Position numbers and translations under genes: made by a program. Below are positions 8,257 through 15,882 of a stretch of 32,000 nt of DNA, in pieces. The notes beneath the pieces were generated by a model. It was not told the origin of the DNA, made no database searches, and saw only the letters and a list, made by a program, of their open reading frames with translations. The DNA comes from Bdellovibrionales bacterium (GTDB taxonomy: Bacteria > Bdellovibrionota > Bdellovibrionia > Bdellovibrionales > UBA1609). Numbering within the stretch: position 1 is the stretch's first letter; each line of letters opens with the position of its first letter. Location: assembly GCA_963692945.1 (NCBI GenBank), contig OY843585.1, positions 450,001 through 482,000 on the forward strand. Reading direction: 5' to 3'.

Positions 8257-9861
8257 TTAAGCTGCCCCCTCCTCCTCGGAGTTCATAAATGTTATAATGG
8301 CATAGGCAGGGTCTTTTTTACCCATGATCAGCTGACAAGTGGTTTGTATTGTCATATTTTTTATATGGATTTCGCCAAAGGAAATCTCTTCGGGGTTGGC
8401 TTTCCCTTGCTCTATTAACATTTCTAAATGCTCTTTCAAATCACTGTCAATATTTGATATGGGACTATTTACAATATCATTGTATCCTATTTGTTCTGTA
8501 AAATTAGAGTTAACAGAAGCAATTGTATCATCTGTAAGATTGATAGATAAACATGGGAACCCAACAATCTCTACAAGATTGTTCATTTCACTTTGTCTGT
8601 TTATATCTATATCTTTATCACTTTCTTTGGAATCTTCATTACTATTTAATATCTGATTTAAAGAGATTTGATTGAGAGCACTATTGATATGACTACACAG
8701 TTCATTAAGAATTGAGGATTGATAAGAAGTAGATATAGAAGAAGACTTACTTTTTAAAGCTTCATTGAGTTGGTGATTGATGCTTTTTATAGGGAACTCA
8801 ATAAGGTTAATTAAAAAGAAAAAAAAGAGTAACCCAATCACACAAGCAATAAACAAATTTTGTATAAGTAGGCTTAAAATTTCAGAATTACCTATAGTGA
8901 TAGAACCCATATCATATAAAACAACAGAATAAGCAACAGGTCTATTTTCTCCTGTTTCAGAATTGTGAAAACGAATAGGTACTACAGCACCCACTGTAGA
9001 GGTTCCTGTTTTTTGAATAGTATTTTTATCTAACTTGCGGGCTTTATGTATGAAAGATTGTTTAGGATAAGTGTGAGATAATTCAGAGGGTGCTAAAATC
9101 CGCCCATCCAAAGCACTGATAATATAAGCGTGTTTAACTCCTGGTCTTCTTTGAGCATAGTCCACCGTTAGAGCAGAGTGGAATCCAGATTTTAAATTTT
9201 CGCGATTTAATTTTGATAAAGTGACAGCAATACTTTCTGCATGATTTCTGCTTTCTTGTTCCACACTAGATTTTAAAATTTGAATCAGTGGGACAGAAGA
9301 TAAAGTCATAACCAAAAGAACAAAACCTATCAAAAGGAATCCAACAACCCATTTGAACTCCAACCATTCTGCTAATTTATAGACACCTGGTAGAACAACA
9401 TCATGGAGATAACCTTTAATTCCTTTTTCTATATTTTGAAAATTAGAATTTTTATTTTGTGCTGTAGCGTTTTGAAAATCTTCTCCTTCATTTTGTGTAT
9501 GGTTATTAGGTATAGATTGCCCATAATTTTGAACATGAGGGTAAGGTTGAAAATAAGGATGTATTTGTTGCTGATTTTTATGTAGGACTTCAAAAATAAT
9601 ATCATTTAAAGCTACCCGATCTCCTTCTTTTAGCTTTTGAGTTTTTATTTTTTTACCATTGTAAAAAATCCCATTACTTGAATTTAAATCTTTAATTTCA
9701 ATAGCATCATCGTTGACTGTAATTTGTGCGTGCTGTTGAGAAATTCCTTTAGAAGGAATAATGATCTGACAATCTTCATTTCGCCCCAATAGAACAAGTC
9801 CTTTTTGAAGTAAAATCTCTTGACCTGCTTTTGGTCCTGATAAAAATTTAATAACCCACAT
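8257..9861 (-). CDS. FHA domain protein with two TM segments flanking a putative periplasmic domain, plus a cytoplasmic C-terminal domain
   Basis: Canonical FHA domain (LLGRNEDCQIIIPSKGISQQHAQITV...IKDLNSSNGIFYNG). TM1 is WVVGFLLIGFVLLVMTLSSVPLI and TM2 is LFIACVIGLLFFFFLINLI, followed by a HAMP-like helix. Confidence 0.85.
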   Translation of the reverse strand: MWVIKFLSGPKAGQEILLQKGLVLLGRNEDCQIIIPSKGISQQHAQITVNDDAIEIKDLNSSNGIFYNGKKIKTQKLKEGDRVALNDIIFEVLHKNQQQIHPYFQPYPHVQNYGQSIPNNHTQNEGEDFQNATAQNKNSNFQNIEKGIKGYLHDVVLPGVYKLAEWLEFKWVVGFLLIGFVLLVMTLSSVPLIQILKSSVEQESRNHAESIAVTLSKLNRENLKSGFHSALTVDYAQRRPGVKHAYIISALDGRILAPSELSHTYPKQSFIHKARKLDKNTIQKTGTSTVGAVVPIRFHNSETGENRPVAYSVVLYDMGSITIGNSEILSLLIQNLFIACVIGLLFFFFLINLIEFPIKSINHQLNEALKSKSSSISTSYQSSILNELCSHINSALNQISLNQILNSNEDSKESDKDIDINRQSEMNNLVEIVGFPCLSINLTDDTIASVNSNFTEQIGYNDIVNSPISNIDSDLKEHLEMLIEQGKANPEEISFGEIHIKNMTIQTTCQLIMGKKDPAYAIITFMNSEEEGAA

Positions 9862-10201
9862 AAAGTTGATCTCCTTTTTTTAATTGATTTTGTTTAAGTA
9901 AATTGGCCTTCATTTCAAAAACAGAATGACTTTTAAAGCCTCCAAAAATAATTTTTCCTGGAGGGACAGAATTAAAAAGAGAAACAATACAAAGTTGTTT
10001 ATCAACAAAGAGAACATCAATTGGAAATTTCATAAAAAAAGTATGAATACTTTTGCAAGGTGAAATCCATAAAGTGAAATCATTAGGAATTTCTTTTTTT
10101 CCTAATAAACCCACCATTCGTTCTAGGATTGTTCGGGCTTTAGTTACAGAGTTAACAATGACCTTACCTGTTGTTTTATGACTAAGAGGTGTTGACATCA
10201 C
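9848..10201 (-). CDS. DUF192 family protein
   Basis: The pattern ERMVGLLGKK...LWISPCKSIHTFFMKFPIDVLFVDKQ...VFEMKAN...LKKGDQL matches my recollection of DUF192 (COG1430). It has a 4-nt overlap with the upstream gene and a 14-nt overlap with the downstream gene. Confidence 0.78.
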   Translation of the reverse strand: MMSTPLSHKTTGKVIVNSVTKARTILERMVGLLGKKEIPNDFTLWISPCKSIHTFFMKFPIDVLFVDKQLCIVSLFNSVPPGKIIFGGFKSHSVFEMKANLLKQNQLKKGDQLYVGY

Positions 10202-11220
10202 TTACCTCCTAAAAATTGAAATGCAGCAGGGGACATAATGATAATGAAAATAGCTGGTATAATAAATATCATCATAGGGATAAGAATTTTTTGAGAGGCT
10301 TTTGCTCCAGCCTCTTCGGCTTTTGCAAATCTTTCAAATCGCATTTGTTCGGCCTTAGATTTTAAAGCGATAGCAATACTTGCACCTGTTTCATCAGCAT
10401 CTCTCACAACAGACACAACACTTTTTAATTCTGGTAAACCCACTCGTTTGTCTAAACTTGTAAGGGCTTTTTTTCTAGATTGCCCAAGTTTTATATCTTT
10501 TAAAAGAATAAGAAACTCTTGTGATAAAACACTTTCTTTAGGAGCTTTTTCTGTGATTTTTTGTATAGACCCCATAAAATCTAACCCAGCTTCTGTGCTA
10601 AGGGCTAGAATATCTACAAAGATGGGAAGGTCACCAATGATGGAAAGGTGTCTTTTTTGTTTGCAACTGTTGCAGTAGGCATGAGGAAAATAAAATCCTA
10701 TCAGAGAAATAGCAAGGACTAAAAAGTGAGGGAATTCTAATTGTAAAGAAAGGTTAAATATAGTGAATAAAATAGGAAAAGCAATTCCCCAAAGCAGTTG
10801 TAGTCCAATAAACTCATCCACATTAAGTTCTTTTGTTAAACCAGCTGTTATAATTTTTTTTTCAATTTTATCACGGTATTTTGGGCTTTTTATTTTTTGT
10901 GCATGACTGAGCGTAAAGTTGTGAACAAAAGGTCTGGAAAATTGAATCAAGGGGAATTTAGATTTTTCAGGTTCTTTCCCCTCAGCCCAAGAGAGGGCAT
11001 CCACATCATTGGCTTGTTTAAGTATTGTGGAGGTCACAAAATAAACACATACAGCAGTTAACAAAAGGCTGCTCAGTAAAATAACAAGTTCTAAAGACAT
11101 AACTCTAATTCCTTTATATAAATATCGGTTTTTTTCTTGAAAAACCTGAATTTTAAAATCATTTTTTTCAAAGTTTTTTGGAATGGATATAAGAGATTGT
11201 TTTTTTGAGGTCTTTTGCAC
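10198..11220 (-). CDS. Type II secretion system F family protein (TadB/TadC-like pilus platform protein)
   Basis: T2SSF-like core (LPIFVDILALSTEAGLDFMGSIQKI...LKDIKLGQSRKKALTSL...VRDADETGASIAIAL) with flanking TM helices. An alternative start at ATG 11100 (MSLELVILL...) is plausible. Confidence 0.8.
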   Translation of the reverse strand: MQKTSKKQSLISIPKNFEKNDFKIQVFQEKNRYLYKGIRVMSLELVILLSSLLLTAVCVYFVTSTILKQANDVDALSWAEGKEPEKSKFPLIQFSRPFVHNFTLSHAQKIKSPKYRDKIEKKIITAGLTKELNVDEFIGLQLLWGIAFPILFTIFNLSLQLEFPHFLVLAISLIGFYFPHAYCNSCKQKRHLSIIGDLPIFVDILALSTEAGLDFMGSIQKITEKAPKESVLSQEFLILLKDIKLGQSRKKALTSLDKRVGLPELKSVVSVVRDADETGASIAIALKSKAEQMRFERFAKAEEAGAKASQKILIPMMIFIIPAIFIIIMSPAAFQFLGGK

Positions 11221-11262
11221 CTTTGAGTAGTCATTATTTTTATTTTTAGATAGGCTTAAACC

Positions 11263-12108
11263 ATGTATCCCCTATCTCATCTTAAAATTTCTTTTTTAGG
11301 TTGTGGTCAGATGGCACAAAGCCTAATTCAAGCTTATGTCCATCAGCCCAATTCACAGATATCTTCAAAAAATATTTTTATTTCTGGTCGTAATTTACAA
11401 AAAACAAAGCGAATTGCAGAAAAATTTAATGTGCAGATGGTTGTAGATAATGAAGAACTTTTAGATAAAAGTTCTGTTATTTTTTTATGTGTAAAACCTT
11501 TTGATGCAGAAGAGGCGATCCAAGCCTTAAGAAATAGTTTTGATTCCAATCATACTTTTATTAGTGTGATGGCAGGAGTGTCTATCAAACAGCTTCAAAA
11601 ATGGGGGTTATCTTCTCGTAGAATCGTTCGGCTTATGCCTAATATTGCTGTTTCTATAGGAGAAGGTTGTTTGCCTTTTTACAGTTATAAAAATCAAGAT
11701 TCCATTAATGCTTTTATTGAAGAATTATTAAAGTCTCTTGGACAAGTTGTGGTTTTAGATAATGAAGAATCTTTAAATGCTTTAACAGTGGCTTCAGCAA
11801 GTGGTGTTGGATTTTTCTTTGAGATTTTAGAGTATTGGATAGAGTGGTTGCAAAACCAAGGTTTTCCTTACAAAAAAGCCAGAGAAATCAGTGTGCAAAC
11901 TTTTTTAGCGACAGGGCTTTTAGCTCAAAAATATTCCCAAAAAAAGATTTTAGATTTACAAAAAGAAGTGGCTTCTGCAAAGGGAGTGACCGCTGCGGGT
12001 TTGAATACAATGAGAGAATTAGAATTGGAGAGAATTTTACGATTAAGTTTTGAAAAAGCAAGTTTAAGAGAAAAGGAATTATCTTATATAAAGTCTAAAA
12101 ACTCATAA
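11263..12108 (+). CDS. proC: Pyrroline-5-carboxylate reductase
   Basis: Rossmann N-terminus ISFLGCGQMAQSLI, then LCVKPFDAEEAI, ISVMAGVSIKQL, RLMPNIAVSIGEG and the C-terminal SAKGVTAAGLNTM motif. Confidence 0.9.
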   Translation: MYPLSHLKISFLGCGQMAQSLIQAYVHQPNSQISSKNIFISGRNLQKTKRIAEKFNVQMVVDNEELLDKSSVIFLCVKPFDAEEAIQALRNSFDSNHTFISVMAGVSIKQLQKWGLSSRRIVRLMPNIAVSIGEGCLPFYSYKNQDSINAFIEELLKSLGQVVVLDNEESLNALTVASASGVGFFFEILEYWIEWLQNQGFPYKKAREISVQTFLATGLLAQKYSQKKILDLQKEVASAKGVTAAGLNTMRELELERILRLSFEKASLREKELSYIKSKNS

Positions 12109-12178
12109 ATAACGCTTAGCAAAATAGCTCTCCCCCTAAAAGTTTTCTTTTTATCATCTTAAGCTATAGGATAATTCT

Positions 12179-12856
12179 ATGGATTTATCTAGAGATAGTA
12201 TTGTTTCCCGTCATTTTTCTAAGAAAGTTATGGGAGGGTTAAATGAGTTTGAAGTCCGTGATTTTCTTCATGTTTTGGCGGAAGAATTGAGGCATTTAAA
12301 GCAATTAAGTAAAGATCAAAATCAAAAATTAATGGCTCAAGAAGAGTTGGTCCAAGACTATAGAGATAGGGAACATATTTTGAAACAATCTATTTCTTCG
12401 GCCCAAGAAGTGGCTGATAGGATTCGTAGGGATGCTGAAAACCAAGCTCAACTGATTTTAGAAAAAGCTCAAGATAAATCAGATTCTTTAATTCAAGAAG
12501 CTCGTCATTCTCTTCAAAGTGTTTACAACGATATAGCCGATCTTAAACGACTTCATTTACAATTTAAAACGAGTTTGAAAGCGGCTTTGCAGGCTCAATT
12601 AGAATTGTTAGAACAAGGACCTCTTTTTGCTTCTAGCTTACCTTATAATTCAGAATCTTTAGCTGATAAAAATTTAAAAATTTCTAAACAAACTACAGAA
12701 CAAAATGCTGAATCTCCTGAAAGTTTAGAATCTCCTGAATCTCCTGAAAAACCTGAAAAGAATCTAGAAGACACTTTATCTGAAAGTCTAAGTTCTGATG
12801 AAGAATTAAACGCTTTAAAATCCTCTCTTCAATCTTTGGATAAGGATTTTTCTTAA
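12179..12856 (+). CDS. divIVA: DivIVA domain protein
   Basis: The N-terminus FSKKVMGGLNEFEVRDFLHVLAEELRHLK is a typical DivIVA lipid-binding/coiled-coil start. A long coiled coil follows, and the C-terminal tail has SPE/KPE repeats. Confidence 0.88.
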   Translation: MDLSRDSIVSRHFSKKVMGGLNEFEVRDFLHVLAEELRHLKQLSKDQNQKLMAQEELVQDYRDREHILKQSISSAQEVADRIRRDAENQAQLILEKAQDKSDSLIQEARHSLQSVYNDIADLKRLHLQFKTSLKAALQAQLELLEQGPLFASSLPYNSESLADKNLKISKQTTEQNAESPESLESPESPEKPEKNLEDTLSESLSSDEELNALKSSLQSLDKDFS

Positions 12857-13094
12857 AGTTTTAGATAGTTTTTTAATAAAGATTCTCTTTAAAAATCTCT
12901 TTTTTAGCTCGTTTTTTTTGAATATATTTTCTAGATTTTCTGGAGTTACTTTTTGATTTTGTGACCAAAAAAACGGGGTCAAAAACCTTGAAAAACTTAG
13001 ATTTTTTCTTTTTTTCAAATAAAAATTTTAAAAAAAATCAATTTTTCCAAAGGTCTTGACGATAATTAATTACAAGGCTTTTTTTGGAGGTCAC

Positions 13095-14258
13095 TTGGTT
13101 AAACAAATTATTTTACAGATTTTTATGGTTTCTTTTTTAGTGGCTTGTGGTTATGCTCCACCGGCTGTTCAAACACCTGCTTCACAAATTCCATCATACC
13201 CTACAGTGCAACAACCGGCTCCACAAACTCCATACCCACAAACACAACAACCGGGATATCCGTATGTGCAACAACCAGGATATCAAATACCACCTGTTGC
13301 AACGGCACCACAACCAACTCCAAGTGCTTCATTACCTTCAAGATCAAATAATAATGATGACGACGACGATGATGATGAGGATGATGACGATGAGGATGAG
13401 GATCAATGTAGAAATAAAAAAAGTTGTGTAAAAAGGTGTAAGGCTATTTATAAGTCAAGTCGTGATGAAACCCGATGTGGTAGATTAAGTGAAGATGAAG
13501 TTGAAGATTTAGAAGATGTTTTTGAAGTTTTAGAAGATCCCACTGAAGATGATTTAGAAGATTTAGATGTAGAAGATTTAAAAAAGTTTTTGAAAGTGAG
13601 TAATACTCCTCTTGAAAGAGAATCCAATAGATACTCTTCAGCAGATGCTAAAGCTTTTTTATTTTATATTGCAGAAAATGATGAAGTTGCGGAAGTTTTG
13701 AGATCAGAAGATAGTGGTTTTGAAATTTTAGATAATCTTTTAGAAGAACTGGATGAGGATACAGTAGAGGCTTTAGTGGACCGACTTGGGAGAGGAAATG
13801 ATAGCTTTATGGAAACCATTATAGAGTATGAAAATCTTGAGGCATTGGCATGGGTTCATGAGTATTTGGAAGATGGAACAAACGGTTACAATGCAAATTG
13901 TAATGGAAATGATAGATGTATTTTTGATAAATACTGTCGTATGGCTGATGAGTTAGATGCTAGCGAAAGAAGAGACCTTTATGAAACTGGGGACTTTGAA
14001 GACTTTTTAGAGGATGATGTTAATGTTCAGCAATCTGAGATAACTAATGATGATTATGGAGTGGCTTGTGAGATAAAAACAGAAGTAAGAGCAGCAGTAA
14101 CAGGAAACACACCATCACCAGCAGTTAATAAATACGAATACAGAGTGAAATCATGGACATCAGATCTTGATAGTAGGATAGATCAAGATGTTAAATATCT
14201 TATTTGGTCTCTATATCCTTCTCATTCTATTGTTTGGCCTCCATATCTTTCTCGATAA
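13095..14258 (+). CDS. Acidic Cys-signature lipoprotein, paralogue 1 (outlier, with Pro/Gln-rich linker and poly-Asp tract)
   Basis: A TTG at 13095 lies 4 nt after GGAGG (13086-13090) and gives MVKQIILQIFMVSFLVAC (lipobox). Core is CRNKKSCVKRCKAIYKSSRDETRC plus LEDPTEDDLEDLDV and AKAFLFYIAENDEVAEVL. The ORF-track start at 13056 is less likely. Confidence 0.78.
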   Translation: MVKQIILQIFMVSFLVACGYAPPAVQTPASQIPSYPTVQQPAPQTPYPQTQQPGYPYVQQPGYQIPPVATAPQPTPSASLPSRSNNNDDDDDDDEDDDDEDEDQCRNKKSCVKRCKAIYKSSRDETRCGRLSEDEVEDLEDVFEVLEDPTEDDLEDLDVEDLKKFLKVSNTPLERESNRYSSADAKAFLFYIAENDEVAEVLRSEDSGFEILDNLLEELDEDTVEALVDRLGRGNDSFMETIIEYENLEALAWVHEYLEDGTNGYNANCNGNDRCIFDKYCRMADELDASERRDLYETGDFEDFLEDDVNVQQSEITNDDYGVACEIKTEVRAAVTGNTPSPAVNKYEYRVKSWTSDLDSRIDQDVKYLIWSLYPSHSIVWPPYLSR

Positions 14259-14274
14259 AGAATACTCTACTTAT

Positions 14275-14603
14275 TTTCGCACCTGACTTTTTTGCATCGC
14301 TGTTTTTCTCTTCATTGCTTTACTTATTTTCTGAAAAACAATTTACAAAAAACCAGTAGTTTTTCTCTCTGCAAAAACCAGTAGTTTTTCTATCTACAAA
14401 AACCAATAGGTTTTCTCTAGTTCCATTTCCAAAACTCTAGTTCAAACATAAAATTCTATCTGCAAAAACCAATCTGCAAAAAATAGCAGTTTTTCTCTAG
14501 TTCGCTATAAGTAAGAACTCTTTTCTTTTTAGGTGTTTGAGGAGCTCCTACGATGAAAATCTCCTAAAAAGAAAAGAGTATTAGAACTGAACTAGAGTTT
14601 TGT
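14275..14603. repeat. Array of modular intergenic repeats, including the 113-bp left direct repeat (14491-14603)
   Basis: Three tandem copies of the (A/G)CAAAAACC-NNNN-GTTTTTCTCT motif lie at 14346-14420. The CAAAACTCTAGTTC termini are present, as is the hairpin module CTTTTCTTTTTAGG..CCTAAAAAGAAAAG. Confidence 0.8.
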
Positions 14604-14613
14604 AAATAGAGTT

Positions 14614-15039
14614 TTAATCAGAAGTTTCAGAAAGCTTCTTAGGTTTTCTTTTTTTGGGATTTACATAGTTTATATTGATTTTATCACAAATTTGACTCAT
14701 ATAAACTTCCATATGGCTTAAATGATTTACTTCTATTCTATTTATATTATCTTTTATTCCTATTATATTTTTTTTCATTCCTGTTATATCTTTTTTTAAA
14801 TCACCTGTTGTTCTATTTATATTATCTTTTATTCCTATTATATTTTTTTTTATTCCTGTTATATCTTTTTTTAAATCACCTGTTGTTCTATTTATATTAT
14901 CTTTCATTTCTACTATAGTTTCTTTTATTCCTGTTATATCTTTTTTTAAATCACCTGTTGTTCTATCAAAATAGTTTTTAACCATTTCCCACATTGTTTT
15001 TTGTTCTTCAGATATATAGTTTGAATTATCTTCACTCAT
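14614..15039 (-). CDS. Hypothetical protein with 3x 25-aa repeat (RTTGDLKKDITGIKKNIIGIKDNIN)
   Basis: There is a strong RBS, AAGGAGG, and an ATGA start/stop overlap with the upstream coiled-coil gene. The 75-bp DNA repeats lie at 14740-14964. Confidence 0.72.
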   Translation of the reverse strand: MSEDNSNYISEEQKTMWEMVKNYFDRTTGDLKKDITGIKETIVEMKDNINRTTGDLKKDITGIKKNIIGIKDNINRTTGDLKKDITGMKKNIIGIKDNINRIEVNHLSHMEVYMSQICDKININYVNPKKRKPKKLSETSD

Positions 15040-15365
15040 AAAACCTCCTTTATTTCGGTTTTAAGACTCTCTATTTTTTCATCTAGTTTATCTATCCTTG
15101 TATCTAGTTTTTTTATTTTAACATTTAGATCAACTACTTTTTCATCCAGCCTGTCTATTTTTCCAGATAACCCATCTACCTTTATATCTACTTTTGAATC
15201 TAGATTATCTATCTTTGAATCTAGATTTTCTATCTTTAAATCTAGATTATCTATCTTTAAATCTAGATTTTCTACTTTTCCACCTAATGTTTGCATTTCC
15301 ATAGATAACTTTTTTATTTCAAAAAGAATTTCATTTTGTCCTAAAGCATTTGCATTCATCGTCAT
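15036..15365 (-). CDS. Coiled-coil repeat protein (LDxKIDNLD heptads), paralogue of 23896-24309 but lacking its TM tail
   Basis: The N-terminus MNANALGQNEILFEIKKLS.EMQTL is shared with the right-hand copy. It contains heptad repeats NLDLKIDNLDLKIENLDSKIDNLDSKVD. Confidence 0.75.
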   Translation of the reverse strand: MTMNANALGQNEILFEIKKLSMEMQTLGGKVENLDLKIDNLDLKIENLDSKIDNLDSKVDIKVDGLSGKIDRLDEKVVDLNVKIKKLDTRIDKLDEKIESLKTEIKEVL

Positions 15366-15566
15366 TTTTTCTTCCTCTTTTTAGTGTCACTATTGTTTTT
15401 ATAAAAAATCATTTTTGAACAAGAATATCTTAACATAGATTGTAAAAAAATTCCATCCAAAAGACTTTCACTCATTACTAAAGCAAATATTACTGCTCCT
15501 TATAACTTCTAAAAGCCGTTTTTTTACAATTTTTTTGTATTACTGACAAATATCGGACAAAACTCT
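15055..15566. repeat. Left arm of large inverted repeat (partner 23695-24185)
   Basis: The reverse complement aligns with 23695-24185. This includes a 90-nt perfect match (15388-15477 vs 23784-23873) in the leader upstream of the coiled-coil genes. Confidence 0.85.
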
Positions 15567-15670
15567 AGTGTGTGAACTTTTATTTTCACGAGATTTGAAG
15601 AGTGTCCCTTTTGCGATGAAAAGCTCGTTAAAATAAGAGTAGGAAATACTTTTTTGAACGAGAGTTTTGT
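15558..15670. repeat. Single hairpin repeat module with terminal inverted repeats CAAAACTCTAG / CGAGAGTTTTG
   Basis: The internal hairpin is CTTTTATTTTCACGAG...CTCGTTAAAATAAGAG. Its first 45 nt or so recur at 24316-24360. Confidence 0.75.
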
Positions 15671-15882
15671 AAATTAAGACTTTTGTCCATTATTGATTTT
15701 TCTTGTGTTTGTTTACAACCATTTACCCTTAAACTATTTAAGTAGATAGCTTCATTTGGAACAAAAAAAGACTAAAATACAGCCATTTTTGAGGAGTCAT
15801 AGATTATTTATAAAATTTTTAAAGTTTAAAACCGACTTAACCGATGAATTTATTACTTGGAAAAGAAAAATGGAGGTTTTTC

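Noticed and set aside
6393-10678. ORF-track antisense ORFs 6393-6665, 8339-8656, 9403-9585 and 10448-10678 on the + strand.
   Set aside because: They lie entirely inside longer, motif-supported minus-strand genes (FHA, T2SS-F). Their low-complexity translations are typical of shadow frames in AT-rich DNA.
12815-13018. 67-aa minus-strand ORF in the divIVA / paralogue 1 spacer.
   Set aside because: It has a Lys-rich low-complexity translation, overlaps the divIVA 3' end, and shows no RBS or motif. It is probably non-coding promoter/terminator DNA.
13145-13431. ORFs 13145-13351 and 13147-13431 in alternative + frames.
   Set aside because: They overlap the Pro/Gln-rich and poly-Asp part of paralogue 1. 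These are frame artefacts of repetitive codons, with no RBS.
14275-14603. CRISPR array suspected from the dense short repeats here and at 23201-23690.
   Set aside because: The repeats are not a constant unit separated by unique spacers of similar length. The modules are heterogeneous, occur in both orientations and contain long hairpins. No cas genes were seen.
15844-15882. Longer N-terminal extensions given by the ORF track (2678, 13056, 15844, 18257, 21208, 31490).
   Set aside because: In each case an internal start has a proper Shine-Dalgarno sequence and yields a canonical signal/lipobox or a sensible N-terminus. The extensions overlap upstream genes or lack an RBS.
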